64,000 nt of DNA from Octopus vulgaris. Lineage: Eukaryota. The notes beneath the pieces are model-generated. The model had not been told where the DNA came from. It did no database searches and saw nothing but the letters and a program-made list of their open reading frames with translations. Positions 12,401-26,696 of the stretch are shown here, one piece after another. Position numbers and translations under genes: made by a program. The stretch's first letter is position 1. Each line of letters begins with the position of its first letter. The DNA lies in assembly GCA_951406725.2 (NCBI GenBank), contig OX597818.1:59148001-59212000 (forward strand), written 5' to 3'.

Positions 12401-13681
12401 TAATGGGTGTACATACAGATTTCAATAGTTATTGCTCTTTTATCCAGCCTTTGTAGAAAAACTATAGAGATGAAATTTAATACGAGAACATCGCAAGGAT
12501 TAAAAAGAAACCTAAAACGTTGTATCGACTTTTAAGACTTTAATATACGTGGTTTAATATATCATGTTTGCAAAACGAAATACTGCGTCCTTCATAGCAA
12601 CTGATATTTCCTTTATAGTTGTCAAGCATGTAATTAATAGGTAAATTGTTAAGTAATCGACTTAATCCGTTTGTCTGTCCTCGTTTGTCCTCTCTATGTT
12701 TAGCCCCCTGTGGGTAGTAAAGAAATAGGTACTATATCGTGATTCCAAAACGGAATACAATATTTCTACCCAGCAATTAACATATACAATACGATATCAA
12801 CAAGTTTGCCCGAATAATGCATTCAGTCAAAATGCATTGGATGACCCGGTGTGTTGTATAAGAAAACGTTCTCAAGGACCAGAACCATGGGTTTCAACTC
12901 CAGAATACAGTTACAAAGCGAACTTGTTAATCGTTCAGTCATGCCTGCACTTGTTTAAAAGTGTTTTCACTTTATATTTACAAATTAATGGATACATTAC
13001 AAGTTAAAATCTTATTTTATTTCCAACGTGAGAGATCGTTAATGAAGTTAGAGTATTTCTTAGAGAAGCTAAGTTCAAATTGAAGATTTTAATTGTTTTG
13101 GCGTTGTTTCATAATAAATGTAGCCCAATGGCGAACTATGTGCTGAATATCTCACTTACACCGCAATTAGAAAATATAATATCTACGAAGTTGAATAGAG
13201 ATAATGATTGCAAGGTAAATACAGTCGAGAGATGTTGAACTTATAGAGAATGGAAGTCTAATAACGTTAGAGAAAACAAATAATTACTTTAGTTCTTTTA
13301 GATTCAACTAAATTAAAGACAGGGAACGTACAACGTATTCAAAATAAGTTTTGATGCGACTGGAAATTAAACTTTTTGATTTCATTTTAACAGAGTATTT
13401 ACAGTCGCAGTGAATTTCCAAAGATTTTTCTTAAGTGGATGTAATTTATTTTCTTCGATCTAAATTTTCGAAATAATTAGACTATATCTATTTCCTAATT
13501 AGATACAACTTCATTATATATATTGTCATAGCGAGAACCATTTATTTCCATGTGAAACGCATCTCAGACAGTTCTCTTGGTGTTTTTATGCAGTGAATTC
13601 TTGTCTGAGGGGTGACGTTTCGATATCAAATTTTTCCAACTGATTAACTTTCGAGTTATTTATACGTCATCGTCTCAATGA

Positions 13682-14321
13682 TATTCTTTTTTACTCTAAG
13701 TACACGCCCCGAAATTTTAGTGATGGGGTCAATCGATAAGATAGACCCCAGTACGCAGCTGGTACTTAAGTTATCGACCAGTTAAATTAACGATGAAAGG
13801 ATGAAAGCAAATTCGACCTCACAGGAATTTCAACTCAGAAACTAAAGACAGACGAAATACCTATTTCTTTACTACCCACAAGGGGCTAAACACAGAGAGG
13901 ACAAACAATGACAGACAAACGGATTAAGTCGATTATATCGACGGCAGTGCGAAACTGGTACTTATTCAATCGAACCCGAATGGATGAAAGGCAAATTCGA
14001 CGTCGGCAGAATTTGAACTCAGAACGTAACGGCAGACGAAATACTGCTAAGCGTTTCGCCCGGTGTGCTAACGATTCTGCCAGCTCGCCGCCTTGCTTCA
14101 ATAATATTCTTTTCTACTCTATGCAGAAGGCCCCAAATTTTGGAGTAAGGGGGCCAGTCGATTAGATCGACCCCAGGACGCAGCTTGCACTTAATTTATC
14201 GACCCAGAAAGGATGAAACTCAAAGTCGACCTCGGTGGAATTTGAAATCAGAACGTAATGACCAAACGAAATACCGCTAAGCATTTCGCCCGGCGTGCTA
14301 ACGTTTCTGCCAGCTCGCCGC
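13682..14321 (-). mobile_element. Tandem SINE family B copies (dimer 13682-14091 plus monomer 14105-14321)
   Basis: GGCGGCGAGCTGGCAGAA head; CCTTTCATCCTTTCGGGGTCGATAAATTAAGTACCAG-type central core. Confidence 0.9.
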
Positions 14322-14965
14322 TTTGTTTGAATAATATTACTACATATCCTGCGTGTCTATGACACTGGAATGTCTGAGTTAAGTAGCATGAATGACGGGG
14401 GCGGAAGCAAATCTAGTGTTACAGAATTATCGGAAGTCTGTATTATGGTGTTTATCTTAGATATTTAAATACCATTGACATCAAGCAATTGCTTGTAATT
14501 TCATTGTGGAAATTGTTAATCTAATATTTCGATAAATTTCATGTTGCCGTCGACCTTATCTCTTTCCTGAATTAATATTTACCAAAGAGATATATTTATA
14601 TCCATTTATATAAACGATAAATTTTGCATAATTTTTCATATCTTTGTTGTTTGGAATCACTATTAAAAAATCCCTCAATATCATATCAATTGTAAACATG
14701 AATATTTCCATATCAGTGATACAAAACCCCTGGATATGATTAAATCAGGAATAATTAAGACTTCTATCAACAATTTCTTTTTATGTTAAAACACGGGATA
14801 AAAGGTTTCTTAGTTTGGAATCATGACGACATTGATAATGTTTCAACAAACAGCATAGACAAGAAGTTATACAACGTTTCCAGCGTTCCTGCCACTTCCG
14901 GAAACCGGCATAGAGGTTGTTTTCCGGAAGCGAGTCGAGGAGCTTGTGCGATTTGCCATATATAC

Positions 14966-15193
14966 TCTCTACTCTTTACTTTTTTACTCTTTTACTTGTT
15001 TCAATCATTTGGCTGCGGCCATGCTGGAGCACCGCCTTTTAGTCGAGCAAATCGATCCCGGGACTTATTCTTTGTAAGCCCAGTACTTATTCTATCGGTC
15101 TTTTTGCCGAACCGCTAAGTGACGGGGACGTAAACACACCAGCATCGGTTGTCAAGCAATGCTAGGGGGACAAACAAAGACACACAAACACAT

Positions 15194-15247
<54 letters not shown>

Positions 15248-15403
15248 GAAAGGCTTCTTTCAGTTTCCGTCTACCAAATCCACTCACAAGGCATTGGGCG
15301 GCCCGGGGCTATAGCAGAAGACACTTGCCCAAGATGCTACGCAGTGGGACTGAACCCGGAACGATGTGGTTGGTTAGCAAGCTACTTACCACACAGCCAC
15401 TCC
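14966..15403 (-). mobile_element. SINE family A (internal TA/CA microsatellite, AAAGAGT-type tail)
   Basis: GGAGTGGCTGTGTGGTAAG head, GGTTCAGTCCC B box; highly similar to other copies in the window. Confidence 0.93.
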
Positions 15404-15633
15404 ACGGCGTTATTACGGAGATCCTTGAGCTGCATTATCCTCTTGGAAAAAGATAGATGTTCGCCGGGGAAAAATCAGGCGAAAAGAGGGTGGATGCGAG
15501 AGCGACAACATGTCGGTTTTGGTGAGAAATTCGAGAGTGAGGACAACGCGATGACCGGGTGCATTGTCATCATAAACAAAAACCAGACATTAGGATTGCC
15601 TGCACGGGTCCATACGACAGACCAACAACATCA

Positions 15634-16000
15634 GTGGAGGCGCAATGGCCCAGTGGTTAGGGCAGCGGGCTAGCGGTCGGAGGATCGCGGGTTCGATTCC
15701 CAGACCGGGTGTTGTGAGTGTTTATTGAGCGAAAGCACCTAAAGTTCCACGAGGCTCCGGCAGGGGGTGGTGGCGACCCCTGTTGTACTCTTTCGCCCCT
15801 ACATTCTCTCACTCATTCTTCCTGTTTCTTGTCCCCGACTTCGTACGCAACCGCTGAGCCTGGATGCGCATTCACCCATCCGTCGATGCTCTCGGTGTCG
15901 GGGGTTGACCTGCTTTCTGCTCTGCGGGTCTTACGAATAGTAAAGGACCACGTTTCGGACCTCTCCCACGAAGACCACTTCGCTCAACAAACAAACCAAC
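15634..16000 (+). mobile_element. SINE with family-C head and a different tail (OR2-like)
   Basis: First ~195 bp match family C, then an unrelated tail ending in CAAA repeats. Confidence 0.85.
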
Positions 16001-16550
16001 AACAGCAATGTCATTGATTGTCCTCCGATGATTCTTATGCATAAGCTGATGAATTTTCTCCACGTTTCTGGGGTTGAAACATGTGGCAGGTCTTCTAGAT
16101 TGTTTATCATCAATTAATGAAGCTCCTCCGCTTTCGAAGCGCCTGTGCCATTCAAAACATTGAGTTCGACCAATTGCCGCGTCGCCGTAAACCTGCCGAA
16201 GCATGTATAATATTTCTGTAGCAATAGACTCAAGTTTAACGCAAAATTTCACGTTGACACTTTTTTTCCAACTTCCTATCCATGACAAAATCGCAGACTA
16301 CAGCATTCACTTGATCACAAGACACAAACTTCACAACGTGCGAAGTAAACGTAATGATGTCACACATAAAGAACACCGCTAGCTCTTACGGCACTCGACA
16401 ACATCAGCTGCCCTTTGTTGGAGTGCTGCGAAACTAGTCCGGAAATTATTGATAACTACATCGCATGTTTAAATGTGTGTGTGTGTGCGTGTGTGCATAC
16501 TGATAGTGCGATGCCTCAGGAAGAGATCACCAGACTCACGAGTTTATATC

Positions 16551-16967
16551 GTCGCAGAAGTGGCTGTGTAGTAAGTAGCTTGCTAACCAACCACATGGTT
16601 CCGGGTTCAGTTCTACTGCGTGGCACCTTGGGCAAGTGTCTTCTGCTATAGCCCCGGGCCGACCAAAGCCTTGTGAGTGGATTTGGTAGACGGAAACTGA
16701 AAGAAGCCTGTCGTATATATGTATATATATATGTTTGTGTGTGTGTGTTTGTGTGTCTGTGTTTGTCCCCCTAGCATTGCTTGACAACCGATGCTGGTGT
16801 GTTTACGTCCCCGTCACTTAGCGGTTCGGCAAAAGAGACCGATTGAATAAGTACTGGGCTTACAAAGAATAAGTCCCGGGGTCGATTTGCTCGACTAAAG
16901 GCGGTGCTCCAGCATGACCGTAGTCAAATGACTGAAACAAATAAAAGAGAAAAATAAAAGAGAAAAA
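16551..16967 (+). mobile_element. SINE family A
   Basis: Full-length match to the other family A copies. Confidence 0.93.
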
Positions 16968-18299
16968 AGTCTCGGGACGTTGCGGGACTAGTCATGTTTG
17001 CGTTTCATATATTTGAGCGGAGGTTATGCATGCCCTGTGTATGTGTAAACATATTAAAGTTTTACAGCATTAATATTAATAAGACGTGCTATTTTCGTGA
17101 CGGCTGTTCAAACGTATGAATTTGCGCTTCATATTGTGTGTATGCTGTTGTTGGCATACCTGAGGGCTTGTCACATGTTGACACGAAGTAGAGATAAGAT
17201 CAGATATGAATACAAATGAGCTCGTGCATCTTAAATATCATTGTCCTTACATATTATTCAGCACTGCTAAATTGGACACTATTTCACACACATAGACGCA
17301 TTCACACATACTCATACACGTACAATTATTTGTAGATAGATAGGTGTTATATAATGCATCTGTGTTAGATTCTGTTTATACAATCATAGGCGTTAGATGT
17401 TTGGAGAGTGTGGCACGCATTTTCCCTGTGTACATACATGTTGCTCTAATTTACCTAGTATATAATAAGACCAGCCGATAAATAAAGAACTGTTCTCATT
17501 TGAATTGAATTTCGTTGTTTGGTGGGCGATAAAATGGATGTCGTCTGCTTACTCAATTTTGCAGCTTGTGTATTAAAATTGGAAATTATATGGAGCTTTG
17601 TTAATAATTTTTTTTATATTTGTTTCATATTTGTTCATAGAAAATCTTTATCTGTAGCACTACTCAGATTAAAAGCAACGTGAGATGTAATAACTATTTT
17701 CATATACATTTGTGAATAAAATAAACATCAAACGTTCCACAGCCATATTTTTTAAGCTTTTTGATATATCGGAGAAATATGTAGGAGATAAAAGCTCCTT
17801 GTCCTACTTTATACGTCGGAAATTAAATATAAATCTGCTTGATACATACTTTGATCACAAACTGAAATAAACCATATTTTTTTTTTCTAAACTCAACGTT
17901 ACAAGAATTCTCGGTAACTTTAAAATGTCTGCCGAAAAATTTCTGTTAAACTTTGCGCTCTGTACCATATGCAATGCTAACATCATTTGCGTAATAAATC
18001 TAATCCGTACGTGACAATAGTTGTAGATTTTTATGTGGGAAGCAAACTAAATATATTTTTCATGCCAATTAATCTCATATGACCTGTTTTACGTTTTATG
18101 AAATGGAAAGAATATTGTGCACATGTGCCTAATAAAGAAATGTGGAGGGTGGAAGAGATAAAACAGAAAGAATATTGAGGATTGCTCAGCAAAATAATTG
18201 CTTGCAGATTCCTTTCCGTGCAAAAGAAGCACGTATTTTTAAATCGTACCTTTTATACAAACGAAAATGCAGAAAAGATTACGCAGCTGTATGTGTACT

Positions 18300-18706
18300 A
18301 GGAATGGCTGTGTAGTGAGTAGCTTGCTTACGAACCTCATGGTTCCGGGTTCAGTCCCACAGCGTGGCACCTTGGACAAGTGTCTTCTACTATAGCCTCG
18401 GACCGACAAAAGTCTTGTGAGTGGATTTGGTAGACGGAAACTGAAAGAAGCCCGTCGTATATATGTATATATATGTGTGTGTGTATATATGTATGTGTGT
18501 CTGTGTTTGTCCCCCCAACATCGCTTGAAAACCGATGCTGGTGTGTTTACGTCTCCGTCACTTAGCGGGCGGTTTGGCAAAAGAAACTGATAGAATAAGT
18601 ACTAGGCTTACAAAGAATAAGTCCTGGGGTCGATTTGCTCGACTAAAGGCGGTGCTCCAGCATGGCCACAGTCAAAATGACTGAAACAAATAAAAGAGAA
18701 AAAGAG
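18300..18706 (+). mobile_element. SINE family A
   Basis: Full-length match to the other family A copies. Confidence 0.92.
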
Positions 18707-18748
18707 TATATGTGCTTGAATGTTTGTGTGAGTGTACTTCTTATTCAT

Positions 18749-18794
<46 letters not shown>

Positions 18795-19644
18795 AAGTAG
18801 TAAATATATGGCACAACGAAGTACCGATATTTACTGGAAATAGCGAACGTAATAATACGACGCTAATGTATAGCTTCACCGCGTATGTATTAGCAAAAAT
18901 GCGTGTGTGCAACAAACTAGAAAAGATTGTCTTACCTCCAGGGAGAACATCTGAAAGATGAAATACCTGGAAAAGGATAATGTGGGACCTGCAGGTTTCA
19001 GATTTTACAAGATATGTCTGCCACCCATAATCTTGTTCTATCTTCATCAGCCAAGCATATACCATGACAAAATCTCAGATGTTACCACATTAAAGCCATT
19101 ACAATCGACTGAAACGCCGAAACGCCAACAGCACGAAAACGGTGAAGAAGCTTCAATAAATTAGTAATGCAATACTACAGTATTGCTTTCCAGTAAAGAA
19201 TATACATCATTTTACTTGCTTCGGTCATCAGGCTGCGGTCATGCTGGGGCACCGTCTAGAAAGGATTAGTCGAACCAATCAATCCCGTTTCTTATTTTTG
19301 AAACCTGATATTCATTGCGGCTGTTTTCTGTTGGTTATCCGGTAGGTAACTTAGACCTTAATAAACCGATACCAGCTGTCATGTGCAGATGGGAAACACG
19401 CGCACGCACTCACACATTCACAAGTGCGCACACGAGGTCTTTAGGTTTTCCACTTCCTGTCAACCAAATCTAATCCACTAACAATCCTTGATCGACCCTG
19501 GGCTATACTTGATGACAAATTTGGGACCGAACCCGAAACTGTGTGGCTGTAAGCAAGCTTCTTATCTCACAGACACGCTTACTCACTTTATATATATTTG
19601 TTTCTGTGTGTGCGCATGTGTCTGTGTGAGTGTGCGTGGTTATA

Positions 19645-19694
<50 letters not shown>

Positions 19695-19695
<1 letters not shown>

Positions 19696-19858
19696 AGGCG
19701 AAATGCGTAGCCGTATTTCGTCTGCCGTTACGTTCTGAGTTCAAATTCAGCCGAGGTCGACTTTGCCTTTCATCCTTTCGGGGTCTATTAAATAAGTACC
19801 AGTTACGCACTGGGGTCAATGTAATCGACTTAATCCGTGTGCCTGTCCTTATTTGTCT
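19695..19858 (+). mobile_element. SINE family B, 5'-truncated
   Basis: GGCGAAATGCGTAGCCGTATTTCGTCTG...GTAATCGACTTAATCC. Confidence 0.88.
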
Positions 19859-19864
19859 CTATAC

Positions 19865-19898
<34 letters not shown>

Positions 19899-19914
19899 GG
19901 AGAGAGAGAGTGAG

Positions 19915-20071
<157 letters not shown>

Positions 20072-21498
20072 TATCGCTTTACTTGGAAAGAAGGTTACTG
20101 CATTTGAAGGACAAAACACTCACATCTAATGTACCTCTTGGTCTATTATAAAAGGTCGGTGATACGTATGCCTCCATTTTATTTGTGGTTGTTCCCACGC
20201 GAATATGCTAATGCATTATATCTTTGCTAACATATGCAAAGCTATACCACATTCGAACATTCATTATTTCATGTACAGCCTGAACAACAGTGATAACCGT
20301 GTCTTGTGAAAGTGCTGCCAGTAATTGACCCGAGGATCCCATTAAATGCATCATTTTATTGCTGATATTGTCCATTTGTATTTTGTGATTTTACGGTAGT
20401 GCAATTTTTTTTACGCATTTTTTTTTTTTTTTGTTTTTGCTTCCGTCATCCAGCATGTCGGAATGTTATCAATGAATTGTCAGTCCAAGTTCATAATTAT
20501 TTCATATTCATATGACATGCGATTGTCGAATAATATTGAAAGCTGTGATAATAAAAATAGTAACCCTGCCGGCAATATAAATAGGAAAAGAAAAAAGAAA
20601 ACAATGACAATAGTTAACTATAAAAACATAGATAGTTTTGCATATTTTCTGGCACGAATGCTGCAGTATTAAATTGGTTTTGATATCTGTTATTTCCCAA
20701 GTGTGTTAAGGAAATTTAACATTAACAAGTGTAATCTTAGAGTAACACTTAATACAGAACTGACAAACACACAGGCTAATATTTAGAAATGTTTTTAATG
20801 CATACTGACGTATTTTTTTAACTTTTATATCCTATTCACGTTGATTTATTCATGCTCAATGTAATATCAAGTAATCCATTAAAAGAGAACTAACTAATAT
20901 GTAGTTTAAACGTACGAACGGTGCTAATTTGATTCGTTGCATTATGCTTAAATTGTGATTTAATCGGTTGGTGGAAACACATTTGTTCGGGGATGAATTA
21001 GATGTGCTGTAACTGGAGACGATCATGTGCTTCTATGCCAAAGTAGCTGTTATCGAGCAAACCTATTATTAATATGATGCAAGCAACGGACATCCTCTGC
21101 TTCTTTCCAGATCCATTGCAGCTAGAATATACTATCTGAAATGTGCAAGAAGTTTAAATAAAACAAAAAATTATGATGTGCGATGTTATTTAGAACAATT
21201 TCTGAAAAGATCAAATGAAAAAATGGAGGAACCATCATTGAAATCCACGACATGATAAAATAGAGAATGTGATGTTCATAGTAAAAGATTTCGGAAGGAA
21301 CAGATGAGTCTAGCTCCAGTGGTAACAATCGTTGGATTCTATGTTAATGGAATAATTCGATATACAGTGTACGCCGTTAAGATGAGTTAGCTTCAAGTTT
21401 TCTAATTTTTTCAGTTATGTTACAAATTCAGTATTTAATATTGTTGTAACTTACAGATAGTTACACACAAAAAAGCAAACACACACACACGCACACAC

Positions 21499-21641
<143 letters not shown>

Positions 21642-21644
21642 TAA

Positions 21645-21775
21645 TGAGAATTTAGAAAAAAAACAAAGTACAAAAGGCGAAAACGGGTGTGTAAACAACA
21701 AACAGATGTATTAGTTTAATGCTCGGGAAGTCTTTTATGTTTCGTGCCTGCGCTCTTCAACAGAAAGGAACACGT
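21645..21775 (-). mobile_element. Short HHR-bearing PLE-like terminal repeat (U6 family)
   Basis: CTTT CTGTTGA A GAGC GCAG GCAC GAAAC ATA AAAG; 3' end abuts (TA)n. Confidence 0.65.
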
Positions 21776-22128
21776 GTGTGGTTATTAGACTGGTTACATT
21801 TAATGCTTACATTCTCAGCAGGGAAAAATGAGAAATTAACACGCGTATATATTATTAACTTCCAGCTTGCAATATTTTCGATGTCAGTTAGGGACACTCC
21901 GCTTTCATCTATAATACTTTCAAATCTCAACTCAAACTATTTTTTCACATGTATTCAGAGTTTAGCAAAGATATTGACAGAATATTCTTTAAAATAATCG
22001 CTAAACTCACGTGATGAAAATACATACGAAGAGATTGATGGAAATATAATGGATTTCTGTGATCGTGGGCGTATAATTACGCGTATGCATACATGTATGT
22101 AAATATATGTGTATACATGCATGTGGGC

Positions 22129-22169
<41 letters not shown>

Positions 22170-22245
22170 CTTTATTTAAAGCAGCAGAAAACTCTACAAA
22201 ACCTGTTACTCTGATGTATGTAAATATATGTGTATACATGCATAT

Positions 22246-22312
<67 letters not shown>

Positions 22313-23240
22313 ACAGGTTTTGTAGAATTTTCTGCTGCTTTAAATAAAGCATATTACTCTACCACTGGTATTTGAGTACTCTTTTTTCCACCTTGTTTCA
22401 CATTTATGTGTTTACTCCGGTATATATATATTGGTAAAAACGGTAAGATAACAAAAGAAAGAAAGAGACCTCAATATTATGTAAATAGAGGAAATTTATC
22501 TGTAAAATAATATGTGACAATTATTCGGTAGCAAAGATAAAACTCTGAGTTTCGGATGCCGATGTGGTGTGGATTTCCACATCGGCATCCGAAACTCAAA
22601 GTTTTATCTTGGCCATCAGAAAAACGCTATATATATACATCTATATATATATATATATATATATTTGAAATAAGGGTGAAAAATTGGATATTAATTTGAT
22701 TAATATTAATTTAAAACCAGTGATCTAGCATATAAAAAAACCGAAGATTCAGAGAAAATTGTAAAACATACATATAAGAGGGGTGACCACTAAGTGGATT
22801 TCCATATGCTAGAAGTAGAACCCCTACGGAATATCCTCAAGAAAATTTAGCAAACACCAGAGCGTAAGCGAGCAAGACAAATAAAAAGAGACAAAATATA
22901 TTCAGATTAATCACAAACCACTTTCGTTGTTACCATTTACGTAATCACTTACGTAGAATGTCCGCAACCCCTCGATGTGACCGTCATAGCAAAATATAAT
23001 TTACAGAACTATACACGAGACGTCCGCATGAGATTGGACATGTATATAGTTCTACCAATTATATATGGGGTTATATTATAAATGTCTTCGTTTTGGCACG
23101 CCAAAATACCGGAGATAAATACCGCAGAAAAATAATTCTCTTCAGGGAATTTTGCCGGTTAGAGAACATTCCTTTTTGCTGGTAAGACCATAGGGGGTCT
23201 ACTTCTAGCATATGGATGTCCACCTAGTGGTCACCCCTCT

Positions 23241-23272
<32 letters not shown>

Positions 23273-23286
23273 TGTATGTATGTATG

Positions 23287-23320
<34 letters not shown>

Positions 23321-23636
23321 TACATACATACGCTTGTGTCCTACCATACATGTTCTGTACTCATATCATCTTGTAGAAGTCAATGGCGAAGTGAAATCTT
23401 TCCGCCTTCCCTATTGAAGCTATGCCACTCGCATTACGTCATCATTTCCTATAGAAATCACAAATGGCAAATGATCTGATGTGTCTATATTATGTTTATA
23501 CTTTTACGTTGCAGTAAATAATCAATATCTTGTCGCATCTCTTACTGTAAGTATTTCAAACTAGCCTTATTTTAGTTTTATATCTGTCTCTCACTTTCGT
23601 TTACGTCACTTGTACTTTCGCTATTCCAATATATAT

Positions 23637-23693
<57 letters not shown>

Positions 23694-23966
23694 ACACACA
23701 CATGCACCTGCACACTCAAACGCACACACACACACACGCACGAACATACTCACACATTCCCAGAGCCACATACACATAATCATACACATACATGAGTTTG
23801 TAATCTCAACGTTTGTTTTTTATGAGAAAGTATATAAAAGTGTAATTTCAAATTATAAGGAAGTATCACGTAATGCCTTTTAGTAAAGTGTATATTTGTT
23901 GATTTTTTTCCAGGCCAAAATTGATGGGGACTTCGAAATACCAATTTTCTTGTAATCAAATATAAA

Positions 23967-24015
<49 letters not shown>

Positions 24016-24185
24016 GCCTTATATATATATATATATGTATATCAAAAATATATATAAAAAATAAGGGTGTAAAAGTTGGATATTAATTTAATAACATCAA
24101 TTTAACACCAAGTGGTTTAGCGCATAAAAACTGGGATTCAGTAAATATTAATACACAAATATAAGAGAGAACTCTTTCTTATATT

Positions 24186-24236
<51 letters not shown>

Positions 24237-24267
24237 GTGTGTGTGTGTGTGTGTGTGCGTGCGTGTG

Positions 24268-24430
24268 TTATTGTCTCTCTGATTATTTTCTCGTATTTCT
24301 TTCTCTTGAAGTGCGTAAGCTCGAAACGTAAAAGACTGTCTCACTTAGCCGAGCGTCAAACTAATACACCTGCCTGTTGCTCATACATCTGCTTTCGTCT
24401 TTTGTTTTTCTGTTAATTTCAACTATATTT
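24268..24430 (+). mobile_element. Short HHR-bearing PLE-like terminal repeat (U6 family)
   Basis: TCTTT CTCTTGA A GTGC GTAA GCTC GAAAC GTA AAAGA at 24298-24335; followed by (TA)n. Confidence 0.62.
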
Positions 24431-24438
24431 TATTTTAT

Positions 24439-24514
<76 letters not shown>

Positions 24515-24544
24515 GAGAGTTGTATGAACAACCTTGAGTTTATG

Positions 24545-24597
<53 letters not shown>

Positions 24598-25532
24598 CTA
24601 CAAAACCGTAAAACTGACGCACGCCTCAAAATTTTCTCCGTAAATATGTATGTGCCTATGTGTGACGTACAATTTTGTATACATTTACATTGTTTCCTCT
24701 CTCGCTCTCTCTCTGTCCCTCTCTCTCTCTCTGTCCCTCTCTCTCCCACTCTCGTTCTCCCTCCCTCCCTCTCCCTTCCTTCCCATTTCTCTGTTAGAGA
24801 CATAGGAGGCATTCTTTCAGTTCCTGCTTTGGACATCTTTGCCCTTCAAACTTTCTTGTAGTGATAGATGTAGTCGTTTAAAATTTCCTTAAAATTTTTG
24901 AACGTGTGAAGAAATTCGAAACAAATGCAGTGCGGTGGCTGGATTGTTATATCGTCGGAAAAATGCTTTTTGGGATATTTTCCTATCGTTTACCATCTGA
25001 ATTCAATTCCTGTCATGGACAACACAGCTTGTCGTCCAACTGGTGTCGACCAAATAAAGAACCGATCCTGCTCTAAGATCGTTTTATTCCACTATGACAA
25101 TTCTAAAATTGCCGGGATTGTGCCAAAATATGAATCGCATTTTATACACTTCTATTTGCAACCCACTGCATACAGTATGTGTTCAATACGTTGTAGTATT
25201 CTTTGATTATTACTGATTGGTGTTTCTATAGCATGTGTTGTATACAAATGATGCTGCAGTTCGATTGAAAATGTCATCGTGTGAGGTGGGCTGAGTCTTG
25301 CGAGAATATGAAAATATATGCGGCATTGAAAATTGAATGACAAAAACGTTTTTTTTTCTCGTTGTTGAATAAAGCTTTGGGTTTGAAACTGGTTTCAGAT
25401 TTTTGGTAGAGGTCGAAGAATTTCATGTGAGAGGATAGACCGATTACATCCACCCCGATACTCAACTGGTGTTTATTTCATTGACCACAAAATGATGAAA
25501 AGGAAAGTCTACCAAGGAGATATTTGAACGCA

Positions 25533-25632
25533 NNNNNNNNNNNNNNNNNNNNNNNNNNNNNNNNNNNNNNNNNNNNNNNNNNNNNNNNNNNNNNNNNNNN
25601 NNNNNNNNNNNNNNNNNNNNNNNNNNNNNNNN
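25533..25632. other. Assembly gap (100 N) inside a degenerate family B SINE
   Basis: N run; both flanks carry GAACGCA. Confidence 0.98.
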
Positions 25633-26696
25633 GAACGCAGAACGAATAATCGGATTAAATGCGGAAAGTTTTTTTTTTTTCGCAGCGTGATAAACATTTT
25701 GCCAGTTTGCCACTATTTTGGGGCTTAAAAGTAATTATGAAATAATATTAAGCTAGACCAATGAAAACCGGCGCGGAAACCCGTTTAAACGTTGTACCTC
25801 TATCAAGAGAGATGAAAACAACTTTGAGTATATTAGTGTACGATAAGGGATCCGCAACTCAAAACATTAAGCAAAAGTAGATTCCTTCATATTTATGGCT
25901 TCAAGTACATTATTCTTAAATATTGGGATGTCGACGTTAAGTCTAGAGTTCTTTAATTCCTTTATCTTACATTTCGATTTCTTTTTTTCTTTCACTACTT
26001 TTTTTTTGTTTTTTTACTCAAATAATTTTTTCTGAACATTATGTTCAGGCTTTATGTACATTTTATCTTCTTTTATACTTGCTCTGAGTATAAAAGCAAT
26101 GCCAGTGATTTGAAAGCTGGCATAAACAACTCCAGACAACCTTTACAAAATACAGATGCCAAATGCTGCTTCCAAAAAAATTTTATTCAAATGGTGTCTA
26201 AAATTTACATGCGTTTGGTAAGTACGATGACGCCAAGCAGAAAAAGAGATTTTAGAGAGAGAGAAAGAACTTAGAGTCAGACTTTGATACGAGGGATTCA
26301 TTGTTTTTCTTTTGCTTTTACGGATTTTATAACTTTATAATCTTTATTTTTACACATTGGTGAGTAAATGTTCGCTTCCTGTGCTCATTAGCAAAAGTCG
26401 TTTTCAACATATACGACGCTTAGATTTATTATTGGGATTATATTTCAACTTCTTTTCGGTTAGGGATTAAACAGTTTGGTTCACCAATAGTAATTGTTCT
26501 TTCTCGTAATTTCACATTATGATGATTATGATTATTAGCATTAAGGTGGTGAGATAAAAAAAGCCATTACCACGCTGTTGTAAATGCACGCCAGCGTTTC
26601 TTCAGGCTTTTTACGTTCTGATTTGAAATGTCGCCGAAGTCCGCTCCTTCTTTTCTGTACCGATTAAGCACTGGAGTCAATATAATCGATTTATAA

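Larger units (their letters stand above)
14866..16465 (-). mobile_element. Internally deleted mariner relic interrupted by two SINEs
   Basis: VNVKFCVKL..QCFEWHRRF..RRTINDIA (16288-16005), DVVGLSYG..DDNAPGH..HPP (15630-15410), FRKWQERWKRCI (14960-14866); TIR-like end at ~16432-16465. Confidence 0.85.

Noticed and set aside
25525-25640. GAACGCA direct repeat flanking the N run as a TSD
   Set aside because: More likely contig-end overlap at a placeholder gap
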